Under the pieces are notes generated by a model. The model was not told where the DNA came from and searched no databases. It worked only from the letters and a program-made list of their open reading frames with translations. Shown piece after piece: positions 1-8,637 of a stretch of 25,066 bases of DNA (positions are counted from its first letter, which is position 1; each line of letters opens with the position of its first letter). This DNA comes from an uncultured archaeon (GTDB taxonomy: Archaea; Asgardarchaeota; Lokiarchaeia; Sigyniarchaeales; SOKP01). Location: assembly GCA_964583985.1 (NCBI GenBank), contig CAZOYD010000050.1, forward strand, positions 1 through 25,066. Reading direction: 5' to 3'. The translations under genes and the position numbers were made by a program.

Positions 1-8
1 GTTTTTTA

Positions 9-1295
9 TTACATATCAAGCTTTTTTTTAATCACTATAGCAATGGTTATAAATAGCACTGAAACAAGCAATATTAAATTATAACCTGGAATTATTGGTG
101 TATCGAGTCCTCCATCCGTTATCGTCCAAGAAAAGTTAGCAATAATAAATTGCCTTGCATCTGCTGCTTCACTGCTAAATTTTGAACGACCTGCGTGAAA
201 GTCTACTCCAATTTGCAAGGGTAATTGCGACCAACCTAATAACAAATTATCATAATTAAGCGTCGATAGTGTAACTGCTAATAACATATTACTCATGGTT
301 GTCACACTTGAGACGTCCCAAGTACCAAGGGACTGGTCGAATTTTATAGCAAAGCTGAACATCGAACCCATATCTGTTACACTCGAGACGTCCCAAGTAC
401 TAAGGGACTGGTCGAATTTTATAGCAAGGTGGAACATCGAATTCATGTCTGTTACGCTTGAGACATCCCAATTATCAATGGGCTGATTGAATGAACGAGC
501 ATCTTGGAACATGCAATTCATATCTGTCACGCTTGAGACATTCCAATTACTAATGGGCTGGTTGAATGAATATTCCCCCCTAAACATCCCATGCATGTTT
601 GTTGCGCTCGAGACGTTCCAAGCACCGATAGGTTGGTTAAATGTTCCCTTCCCTGCCCATATACAGAACATCCATCCCATATCTGTTACATTCGAGACAT
701 CCCATCCATTCATATTGCCGCTATCACCAAGGTTAGGGCAGTTAAAAAAAGCGCTACGTAGAGTGGTAGTTCCCGTTAAATTTAAATTATCGATAGCTGT
801 GATTACTAAATTTTCACACCCTTCAAAATAAGATCCTGAATTTCCTAATCGTAAGCATCCCCATTGTTCGATCTCAATTATCTTTAACAGATCTCCTTCA
901 TCATTAAAACACCAACCAATGATCATTCCTGTGATCGTAATGGTGTAAATCCCCTCGGACGCATAGGTATGTGTAACGTTAGGGTCACTAGAAATCGTGA
1001 TTATATTGCTGTTTCCATCGCCCCAAAATACCGTGAAGGAGTAATTTCCATTCCATTCCAAAGGCAAGCGGACTTGATTACTGTTGCTGGAACCCGAGCT
1101 AGTCTTTGTTGTGTTCCAAACTGAGATAAAATCGTTTGGATCTGATGTGATAGGTTTAATAAACTTACTTTTTGTAGTTATTGGCTTTTGCTCGTGAGAT
1201 AGAAACGTGAAAACTGAAAAGTTAACTAATACCAGGGATAATACTATGAAAACTCCAACAAACTTTAATGATTTGTTTTTCATCAACTTAATCAC
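9..1295 (-). CDS. Surface protein: N-terminal signal/TM, PKD-like domain, DUF285/BspA-like repeats, C-terminal Loki-CTERM-like anchor
   Basis: Hydrophobic N-terminus; PKD-like FTVFWGDG..THTYASEGIYTITITG; IEQWG..FEGCENL; six W(D/N)VS(S/N)xTxMxxM repeats; ends PIIPGYNL + hydrophobic helix + KKK. True start is probably ATG 1283 or TTG 1286, because the track's GTG lies in an SD-like GTGA. Confidence 0.88.
   Translation of the reverse strand: MIKLMKNKSLKFVGVFIVLSLVLVNFSVFTFLSHEQKPITTKSKFIKPITSDPNDFISVWNTTKTSSGSSNSNQVRLPLEWNGNYSFTVFWGDGNSNIITISSDPNVTHTYASEGIYTITITGMIIGWCFNDEGDLLKIIEIEQWGCLRLGNSGSYFEGCENLVITAIDNLNLTGTTTLRSAFFNCPNLGDSGNMNGWDVSNVTDMGWMFCIWAGKGTFNQPIGAWNVSSATNMHGMFRGEYSFNQPISNWNVSSVTDMNCMFQDARSFNQPIDNWDVSSVTDMNSMFHLAIKFDQSLSTWDVSSVTDMGSMFSFAIKFDQSLGTWDVSSVTTMSNMLLAVTLSTLNYDNLLLGWSQLPLQIGVDFHAGRSKFSSEAADARQFIIANFSWTITDGGLDTPIIPGYNLILLVSVLFITIAIVIKKKLDM
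280..715 (-). repeat. Coding tandem repeats, 75-bp (25-aa) period (DUF285 repeats)
   Basis: Trp codons of the W(D/N)VS units lie at 318, 393, 468, 543, 618 (75-bp spacing) and 702. Segments 310-352 and 385-427 match at 42/43 nt. Confidence 0.9.
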
Positions 1296-1483
1296 ATTTT
1301 CTTATTTTTGACATTTTTGAATTTCTTAAGTTATGTTACATTTTTATCAATTATTGAAAATAAAGATATCGAAATCGCAAGAATATTGCATATTAGTAAA
1401 TTATAATAGGTATATAACCATGAATCTATGATTTTATAAAAGAATATTATATCCTTTCAGAGTTGTTTATTTCAACAGAGAGT

Positions 1484-1519
1484 TGTATCTCATAATGTTT
1501 GATATAATTATGAGACACA
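1484..1519. promoter_or_regulatory. Inverted repeat, candidate operator upstream of the surface-protein gene
   Basis: TGTATCTCATAAT-10 nt-ATTATGAGACACA; arms complementary at 12/13 positions; intergenic. Confidence 0.4.
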
Positions 1520-1772
1520 GAAAAAAGCTGAAATAGCTGAGAACTTGAAACAAGAATTACTAAAATTTATAGTTTAAATTTAGTTTAAATAAAATCCATC
1601 TAGTAGACTCGAGATATATGGTGATTTAAGATTACCAATGGGGAATTCATTGCATACAAGGGTTCTCGTATGACTGATTTTCAGATTCAACTCATGTGAT
1701 TTAAAAAGTTAACATAAAAGGATGGAAAAAAATGGAAATTCGTTATTTCTTCCTTTTTGAAATTTTATGAGA

Positions 1773-1919
1773 CTAAAGAAATCGTATTTTTATGAGATTG
1801 AGACCCTTACCACAATTAGGGCACTTAACTTTAAAGGTAGCTGGTTCGGGTAAGTTATTCCAATCAATTTCAACATTACAAAAAGGACATCTTTCGCTCC
1901 TAAGTTCTACTTCTGTCAT
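1773..1919 (-). CDS. Small zinc-ribbon protein, 48 aa (not in ORF track)
   Basis: Manual translation: MTEVELRSERCPFCNVEIDWNNLPEPATFKVKCPNCGKGLNLIKIRFL*. Pattern CPFC-x18-CPNCG; ATG at 1919, TAG at 1773-1775. Confidence 0.8.
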   Translation of the reverse strand: MTEVELRSERCPFCNVEIDWNNLPEPATFKVKCPNCGKGLNLIKIRFL

Positions 1920-1941
1920 CAAGTGAGATTTAATAAAGTCT

Positions 1942-1955
1942 TATTTAAAAAAAAA
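1942..1955 (-). promoter_or_regulatory. T9 tract overlapping TTTAAATA: candidate terminator of the MPN gene and/or TATA box for a leaderless zinc-ribbon mRNA
   Basis: Minus strand reads TTTTTTTTTAAATA. It lies about 37 nt after the stop at 1992 and ends 22 nt before ATG 1919, which has no SD. Confidence 0.35.
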
Positions 1956-1991
1956 GAGAGCGTTCTTATTTTCTAAAGTGATTATAAAAGT

Positions 1992-2942
1992 TCAGTATTT
2001 CTTAGCAATTTCTGCTAGTTTATCATTCAAATTTGAAACTGTTTCATGCCAAGATGATAAAATTTCTTCCACTCTTGGTATTGTGGTGCTTCTTTCTTTA
2101 TATTCTAGATACTTGGTAAATTCTTTCATGTTTTCAATTTTAATGAATGTTTCTGCGACATATTGGCGAATGCTCCGAACTTGATTCTGGAGAACTTCTT
2201 GTATTCTTTGGGACTCTCCTTTTCTAATGAGTGTTCTAATATATTCTTCAGTGCCAAGTAGCATTGAATTGAGTTCATTAATTCGTTGTTCAATAAATTG
2301 GTTATAAGTTTCTAATAAATTTTCTCTTGGAAAGAAAGTTGCGATATCTATTATGAACTTTTGGGTTTGAGCGATCAATTGTTCCATTGTCTCAAAGCCT
2401 AAAACTTTAAAATCTATTGGAGAATAAGATGCAACAATTCCTTTTGACACGTCATCTAATCGAAATATTTTAAATCCAGGATCGTGCTCAAGCTGAATTA
2501 CTGGATCCCCTTTTCTACTTGGTAATTCGATTTGACGAATCAGGCGTTCAGGATTGAAAACTAAGGAAATTGCTAAGGGATTATTTGTTTGGAAACTCAG
2601 AGTTGTTTTAATATCTATATGACTCATCATTACTTTAAAACCGGGATGACTATGCCACCACCCAACTGTAAATTCTCCTTTAGAGAATGCCTCTTCATCA
2701 ATAATATACAATGCTTCATAATCTTCATCACTCCACTTGTATTGATCAATTACTGCGTCTTTATCTAATTCTTGATGCATTATTGGATAAGCTTGTGTGA
2801 TGATGACATCATCCCCTTCGTTTTTACCGATAAAAATGCCACTTACTTCTAACCAATCATCTTTTGGAATCCTTTGATTCGCAAACCTCACGGTTGCTGC
2901 AACAATGGTATAATATGCTTCTTTAGGAATTATAACTGTCAT
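1992..2942 (-). CDS. MPN+/JAMM (Mov34/PAD-1, Rpn11/CSN5-like) metallo-isopeptidase with helical C-terminal region
   Basis: LEVSGIFIG carries the catalytic Glu; VGWWHSHPGFKVMMSHID is an intact HxH-x7-S-x2-D; followed by LVFNP and FKIFRL. Confidence 0.9.
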   Translation of the reverse strand: MTVIIPKEAYYTIVAATVRFANQRIPKDDWLEVSGIFIGKNEGDDVIITQAYPIMHQELDKDAVIDQYKWSDEDYEALYIIDEEAFSKGEFTVGWWHSHPGFKVMMSHIDIKTTLSFQTNNPLAISLVFNPERLIRQIELPSRKGDPVIQLEHDPGFKIFRLDDVSKGIVASYSPIDFKVLGFETMEQLIAQTQKFIIDIATFFPRENLLETYNQFIEQRINELNSMLLGTEEYIRTLIRKGESQRIQEVLQNQVRSIRQYVAETFIKIENMKEFTKYLEYKERSTTIPRVEEILSSWHETVSNLNDKLAEIAKKY

Positions 2943-3065
2943 TTCAATATCACAATACTAGTTCCCATATTTATCTTTATTTTTTTGGATGTTTCTAACA
3001 CATTTATATGTATATAATTTATATACTACATTATCTGAATAACTAACAATAATTAATTGATTAAA

Positions 3066-3707
3066 ATGACCGAACAAGGTTTTATTCCTTTGAGTAGTCA
3101 GTTGGGAATACCTGGCACTTCTTATCGTGTTCAATTAGGATTGATCAATGATAAATGGGCTTCAAGACTTCTGAAGGGAAATGATATTATTGATTCTTTT
3201 ATCTATAAGGATGAAGATGTTGGAGACCAAGGTTTTCCAAATCAAAATATGATTGTAGGATGGGTATTAAGAACAATCGCCATCCCAAATATTAATCCTC
3301 ACCAAATTATGAAAACCACTCAAGTTTTGGTAAAACAAGCTAGGGAAAAGAAAGACCAGCAAAAAGTTGTGGCTCCTATTTCCGAAACAAGAGATGTTGA
3401 GTTAGAAAAAGTGCCTGAAAATGAATTGAAGAGACCGAAGGTTCAAGGATGGGTTAAAGAAGAAGGAATGAAAACTGTTGATGAGTTAGAAGCCGAAAGA
3501 AGAGAAGCTTTTCAAGTAAGATTAGCAGCTAAGAAAGAAGAAGAAAGATTGAAAGCAGCTACTCCAGAATCAACAATTAAGACTACAAGACAGCTCCCAT
3601 CTATTCCTAAAGCTACTCAAGAAGTAGAATCCTCGAAATTTTGCCATTCATGTGGTAAAGATTTGGATTTTAAATTTTGCCCTTATTGTGGTAAACCTTT
3701 ACTGTAA
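3066..3707 (+). CDS. Hypothetical protein with charged helical linker and C-terminal zinc ribbon
   Basis: C-terminus FCHSCGKDLDFKFCPYCGKPL. ATG at 3066 preferred over the track's TTG at 3057. Divergent from the MPN gene. Confidence 0.8.
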   Translation: MTEQGFIPLSSQLGIPGTSYRVQLGLINDKWASRLLKGNDIIDSFIYKDEDVGDQGFPNQNMIVGWVLRTIAIPNINPHQIMKTTQVLVKQAREKKDQQKVVAPISETRDVELEKVPENELKRPKVQGWVKEEGMKTVDELEAERREAFQVRLAAKKEEERLKAATPESTIKTTRQLPSIPKATQEVESSKFCHSCGKDLDFKFCPYCGKPLL

Positions 3708-3907
3708 TATAATCGTAATTAGAACCAAATCCTCTTTAATTTTTCATATTTACATTTTACTAGTATTAAATAGAATTATATTGGTCATTTAGAATCCCTC
3801 TCTCTGGTCTGAATTCAATTACATTCATTCAATTTTAAATCATTCTTAAATTTGTATTTATTTTTCATAAGACATACATTATTAGTATTTAAAAGTAATA
3901 CAAAAAT

Positions 3908-5659
3908 ATGGAAGAAATTAAGAATTCTAAAGATCCGATTCTAGCGGGACATGGTATTGCTAATTTTTTAAGATCGCATGGAGTTGCACATGTTTTTGGA
4001 ATTCCAGATGGTCATACTTTAAGCCTTTATGATGGAATTTTGGCAACTGAAGGGATTGAACATATATTATTTAATGATGAACGGAACGCGGCATTTGCAG
4101 CAGATGCATACTCAAGAGTATTGGGATCATTAGGCGTTTGTGATGCAGGAGCAGCAGGTTCCATGAATTTTTCCATTGCTTTAGCTGAAGCAAAAGGTTC
4201 TGCGTCTCCTGTTTTAGCAATTGCAGGAGTAGTAAAATCCACTGATTTTTTAAAAAATATTCCCCATGATATCAATGTCACTAAAACTCTTGAAGCGGTA
4301 ACAAAATGGACTGGAACAGTACTTAATCCTGAACATTTGCCTCGTTTTTTAAAATATGCTGTTAAGCAAGCCATTAATGGCAGACCAGGTCCTACAGCTC
4401 TGGTGATCTCTGAAGATGTAATGAATTCTAATGAAATAAAATTAAAGGAATTCATACCTAGGATTGGAGGAAGCTGTTCATTAAATTCTTGTAGAGCTAT
4501 TGCAGCTCCTAATGAAATAGAACAAGCAGTTTCAATGATTGAAAATTCAAGTCAACCTGCAATTTATTGTGGCTCAGGTGCATTAATATCAGGAGCTTTT
4601 GAAGAGGTAAAAATGCTTAGTAAAATTCTTCTAGCTCCTGTTTTTTCTACAATTTCTGGTAAAGGCATAATGATTACAAATCAATCAGATGAAAATCTTT
4701 ACTTTGGTACAGTAGGGTTATTTGGAGAGAAACCGAATCACAAATTTATACGCACTAAATCAGATTTATTGATTGTGGTTGGAAATCGTCTTACTGAAGA
4801 TGATACAGCTAATTTCAAAGTCCCGAGTAAAAGAATGGAAATGATTCAAATAGATGTTGAAGCCAGTGAAATCGGATTATCCTATAATCCATGGGGTATT
4901 ATAGGTGATCCAAAAGAAACTTTGAAGTTAATGATAAATGAATTAAATGCACGCAAAATTCAAAGTCTCGATAAAAATGGAGAAATATTAAAAAATAGAA
5001 TGAAGAATATTGAGATTCTTAGAAGAGACCATATATTATACCGAGAATCTGATAATTTATTGTGGATGAATGCCAATCCCATCAAACCTCAAAGGATTTT
5101 GAAATCCATAGCAGAGTTAATGGGTAAAGATGATTATTTAGTTACTGATGCAAGTGCAAGTTCTAGATGGATCGGCCCATATTTTCCTATAAAAAAGATC
5201 GGTCGTCGGATAATTACTCCCCGAGGAGTTGGACCCACAGGTTTTGGAATTGGAGCTTTAATCGGAACGAGTATAGCATCAAAGCAATTAAATTCTAATA
5301 AAAATAATTCAAGAACAATTTTATTCACTGGAGATGGAGGTTTGATGAATGGTGGTATAACGGAACTTGAAACAATTCATAAATTAGATTTAGATTGCAT
5401 TATTGTCATAATAAATAATTCTTTGCTTGGATTTATAAAATTCGGTCAAGCTATGCTTTTTAAACATAGATATTACGAGGTTGAGCGCCCTAAAACGGAT
5501 TTTGCAAAAATTGCTGAAGCATTTGGAGGCATCGGATATCATGTAGATCAACTTACTCAACTAGATCTTACTTTAAAAGACGCTTTTCAAGGTGAAGGAT
5601 TCAAAATAGTCGATATTTCTGTTGATCCATTGGAACTTCTTCCTCCGAATTATTATTAA
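3908..5659 (+). CDS. Thiamine pyrophosphate-dependent enzyme, acetolactate synthase large-subunit-like family
   Basis: HVFGIPDG; DERNAAFAADAYSR with the conserved Glu; GRPGP; central DLLIVVGNRL..IQID; TPP motif TGDGG..IINN. Confidence 0.88.
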   Translation: MEEIKNSKDPILAGHGIANFLRSHGVAHVFGIPDGHTLSLYDGILATEGIEHILFNDERNAAFAADAYSRVLGSLGVCDAGAAGSMNFSIALAEAKGSASPVLAIAGVVKSTDFLKNIPHDINVTKTLEAVTKWTGTVLNPEHLPRFLKYAVKQAINGRPGPTALVISEDVMNSNEIKLKEFIPRIGGSCSLNSCRAIAAPNEIEQAVSMIENSSQPAIYCGSGALISGAFEEVKMLSKILLAPVFSTISGKGIMITNQSDENLYFGTVGLFGEKPNHKFIRTKSDLLIVVGNRLTEDDTANFKVPSKRMEMIQIDVEASEIGLSYNPWGIIGDPKETLKLMINELNARKIQSLDKNGEILKNRMKNIEILRRDHILYRESDNLLWMNANPIKPQRILKSIAELMGKDDYLVTDASASSRWIGPYFPIKKIGRRIITPRGVGPTGFGIGALIGTSIASKQLNSNKNNSRTILFTGDGGLMNGGITELETIHKLDLDCIIVIINNSLLGFIKFGQAMLFKHRYYEVERPKTDFAKIAEAFGGIGYHVDQLTQLDLTLKDAFQGEGFKIVDISVDPLELLPPNYY

Positions 5660-5781
5660 TTTAAAAAAATTCATATTTAAAATTTAAACATACAAGTACG
5701 AAAATTTCAAAATTTAAATGAATTAAATTATATATTAACTAAAGTTAACTACTAAATATTGTTAAAAAGTGATGAAAAACC

Positions 5782-7269
5782 ATGGTAAAAATTGGAGAAG
5801 AATTCCCAGTAATCATTAAATCATTAGCATATTACAAAATGCTTATTCACGTGCTGCGTTTTGGTTCGAAAGTTTTAGACCCTAATCAATGCAAGGAGGT
5901 TATGGGAGGGTTAATTGGGCACATTAAAATAAAGGGAGATAAAGAATTCTTAGTCATTGAAGATGCTATTCCAGTTTCCCATGGTGGTGCTATCGAAGTG
6001 AGATATTCTTCAGAGCAATTAGGATCCTTTGAAAGAATTGATAGTCGCGTTTTTGAAAAATTTGGAGATCAAGGTTGGTTTAGCTGTGGATGGTATCACT
6101 CGCATCCTAACCTTACACCATTTTTCAGTGGAACAGACATACAGAATCAATTATTTTGGCAAGCTAGAAACCCGGCAGGAGTTGGACTCGTATTTGATCA
6201 TGCTTTTTTAGAAAAAGAAGGAAACCTTGGATTTAAGGCTTTTAGATTAGATGATCCATCAAAAGCTAGAAATACGAATTATCATGAAGTAAAAACGGTT
6301 GTGGAATCCCCTGATGATGTTGGGTTTTATACCAATTTAATAGATTTAATCGGAAATGTGTATTCCAAGGAAATTCCAATACTAGAGCTTAATGAAACAA
6401 CGAATTTTTTTGATGATATTTTTATTCCTAGTAATGATCAATTATTGATCAAAAAACCAGAATTGAACCTAAAACAAGTGATAAATTCATTTAAAGAGGG
6501 CATTTCGAGTTTTATAGAACAATCAATGGATCCATTAATTACTGTTTTGAATACATGGAGTCAAGAAAACCTTAAAAAAACATTTCAAAACAGCATAAAA
6601 ATGAGAAAAGATCTTGTTGAGTTAAAATCCAATTTGAGCAATGGGATGACAAGCATACAAAAGACATTCAATCAATCACTTCATGATAAATTGGAGAAAT
6701 TAGATGACTTTATCGATAATCGTCTTGACATTTTCGATGAAAAACAAGACAGTTTAAGAGAAAAAATGACTATATTTGAAGGAGATATTGACGTTCTTAT
6801 AAATAACACATTACAAGATAATATCACGAATATAATGGAAGGAATTCTAACCAGTTTCAAAAATTCATCATCAAAGTTATTGGAAATGGATAAAAAGCAA
6901 GCGTTTATAATCAATAGTCTTGAAAAAAGTAATATCTCACTTCAAGAAATGATAAAAACGTTAGAACCGTCAAAGGTTAGAATCCTTGGAGGAATTGATG
7001 CGTTAAATAAATCAATCATTGAGAATGTTAAAAAGAAATTAAAATTGACAGAAACTAAATTTGAATCCCTTGAAAATGATTCAAAAAAACTCCTCTCAGA
7101 TCTAAAAGCTGCGCTTTTAGTTTTAGAAGGTTCCAAAGAACCTTTAGAACAAAAGATAGATCGTCTGGAAATGGATAAGAAGAATTTACACGAAAAATTA
7201 AAAGAAATAAAGGCAGAAAATGCGGAACTATCGAAGAAAATTAAAGAAATAGAAAAGGAGGATCAATAA
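5782..7269 (+). CDS. MPN+/JAMM (Rpn11-like) protein with long coiled-coil C-terminus
   Basis: KEVMGGLIG; GWYHSHPNLTPFFSGTD is an intact JAMM motif (His codons at 6097 and 6103); LVFD, FKAFRL; about 270 aa of heptad-rich helical tail. Confidence 0.9.
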   Translation: MVKIGEEFPVIIKSLAYYKMLIHVLRFGSKVLDPNQCKEVMGGLIGHIKIKGDKEFLVIEDAIPVSHGGAIEVRYSSEQLGSFERIDSRVFEKFGDQGWFSCGWYHSHPNLTPFFSGTDIQNQLFWQARNPAGVGLVFDHAFLEKEGNLGFKAFRLDDPSKARNTNYHEVKTVVESPDDVGFYTNLIDLIGNVYSKEIPILELNETTNFFDDIFIPSNDQLLIKKPELNLKQVINSFKEGISSFIEQSMDPLITVLNTWSQENLKKTFQNSIKMRKDLVELKSNLSNGMTSIQKTFNQSLHDKLEKLDDFIDNRLDIFDEKQDSLREKMTIFEGDIDVLINNTLQDNITNIMEGILTSFKNSSSKLLEMDKKQAFIINSLEKSNISLQEMIKTLEPSKVRILGGIDALNKSIIENVKKKLKLTETKFESLENDSKKLLSDLKAALLVLEGSKEPLEQKIDRLEMDKKNLHEKLKEIKAENAELSKKIKEIEKEDQ

Positions 7270-7272
7270 AAG

Positions 7273-8616
7273 ATGGCTAAAAATGGAGATATTTTGGGAA
7301 ATGTGGATATTCAACCAAGTGCTTTTAAAAATATGATATTTCATATATTAAGGTTTGTAAACGAGATAAAAGATGAACCCACAGAAGTCATGGGGTTGTG
7401 TATCGGCAATTTCAACTCTGAAAATGATACAGTGACTATTACTGATTCAATTCCATTATTACATGGAGACACAGTAGAATTAGGATTATCCCAAGAACTT
7501 CATGATTTATTTGAAGAAGTAAAAGCATCTCATGAGTCCATTATAGGTTATTATGTTTCTCATCCGGGTTATGGCTTATTTATGACTGATTCTGATAAAA
7601 AGATTCAACAATATTTTCAAACTAAAGAAAATCCAAATGCAATCTGCATCGTATTCGATCACACACTTATCAAAGACAAATTTGGTGTAAAAGTTTTTAA
7701 ATTCAAAGATTATGAAAATACAGAAGAAATCGTTGAAATATTGCTGAATATCCTAATTCCTGATAATCTTGAATATTTCAAATGGGTTCAAGCACTTGTT
7801 GAAAATTTCCAAAGAAAAGAACCAATGATTATCAAGGAATATCTTGAAATCCAAAAACCCCTTCTTGAACAATTACAGGAAATCCCTCAAATGTCTGATA
7901 TGATTGAGGAATCAAAAGAAAAATTATCTTCTCAAATGGAAAAATCAATAACTGGTATTAAAGCTGGTGCGACAACACTAGCAGATACTTTTATCGATAA
8001 TTACGTGAATCATTTAGATGCATGGCTAGCTGATATAGAAGAAGGGAGTCTAAAAGGTATGAATTTCATCCAAAGTTCTCTTAATCAGCTGAAAAATACA
8101 ATTGGTAAGGGATTAGATGGCTTGGAAAAATATTTTCAAAGAAAGTTTAATGAAATCACAGCTGTATTTGTCGATGGCATAACTGAATCTTTAGAGTCAA
8201 GGATTGAAAATCAAAAAGACTTAGAAAAACATTTAACTTCTCAGATTGAAAATATTATTTCTAACTCTAAAGAAGTTATAAACCAAAAAATGAGAGAATT
8301 GATAACGGTTTTAGAATCCCAAGCTACTCAGTTAGAAGAACTAGCAACAAATCATGATATAAATGCTAACCGTATAGAGGAATTAATCGATAATAATACG
8401 AATAAAATTTCATCGCTATACTCGATGCTAAACGCCTTATCTGAAGATATAAAAAAAAGGCTTGGAACTTCCAGTCCTCAATTTGAGAAAGCATTGTTAA
8501 ATGAAATTGAGAATCAAGGAATCAATTTCGTGCCAATCAATGAAAAATATGGAGAAATAGAACTTTTGATTGAACGGCTCCAAAATCTCATATCAGAATT
8601 TAGACAAATGAAGTAA
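7273..8616 (+). CDS. MPN- (degenerate JAMM) protein with long helical tail; paralogue of the upstream gene
   Basis: TEVMGLCIG; IGYYVSHPGYGLFMTDSD has first His->Val and Ser->Thr; IVFDH, VKVFKF. Starts 3 bp after the upstream stop, with GGAGG upstream. Confidence 0.88.
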   Translation: MAKNGDILGNVDIQPSAFKNMIFHILRFVNEIKDEPTEVMGLCIGNFNSENDTVTITDSIPLLHGDTVELGLSQELHDLFEEVKASHESIIGYYVSHPGYGLFMTDSDKKIQQYFQTKENPNAICIVFDHTLIKDKFGVKVFKFKDYENTEEIVEILLNILIPDNLEYFKWVQALVENFQRKEPMIIKEYLEIQKPLLEQLQEIPQMSDMIEESKEKLSSQMEKSITGIKAGATTLADTFIDNYVNHLDAWLADIEEGSLKGMNFIQSSLNQLKNTIGKGLDGLEKYFQRKFNEITAVFVDGITESLESRIENQKDLEKHLTSQIENIISNSKEVINQKMRELITVLESQATQLEELATNHDINANRIEELIDNNTNKISSLYSMLNALSEDIKKRLGTSSPQFEKALLNEIENQGINFVPINEKYGEIELLIERLQNLISEFRQMK

Positions 8617-8637
8617 AATTTTCTAAATCCTAATTAT

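Noticed and set aside
310-427. Near-identical 43-bp repeats as a CRISPR array or DGR template/variable repeat
   Set aside because: They are in-frame coding repeats with a 75-bp period and similar intervening sequence; no cas or reverse transcriptase gene is present.
295-831. Plus-strand ORFs with repeated VTLETSQ
   Set aside because: Antisense shadows of the DUF285 repeats.
1484-1519. Palindrome as a Xer/dif site
   Set aside because: The spacer between TAA and TTA is 12 nt, whereas dif sites have about 6-8; no recombinase is nearby.
1773-1919. Small zinc ribbon as RpoP (Rpo12) or LysW
   Set aside because: It lacks the RpoP C-terminal extension and spacing, and lacks the acidic EDWGE tail of LysW.
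1992-1994. TGA stops here and at 21569 as selenocysteine readthrough
   Set aside because: Both are followed shortly by TAA, sit in no redox-motif context, and I found no convincing SECIS.
1992-8616. JAB proteins as CBASS Cap3-type defence components or sulfur-carrier processing enzymes
   Set aside because: No CD-NTase, E1/E2 or ThiS/MoaD gene is in the window; the sequences are Rpn11-like with long helical tails.
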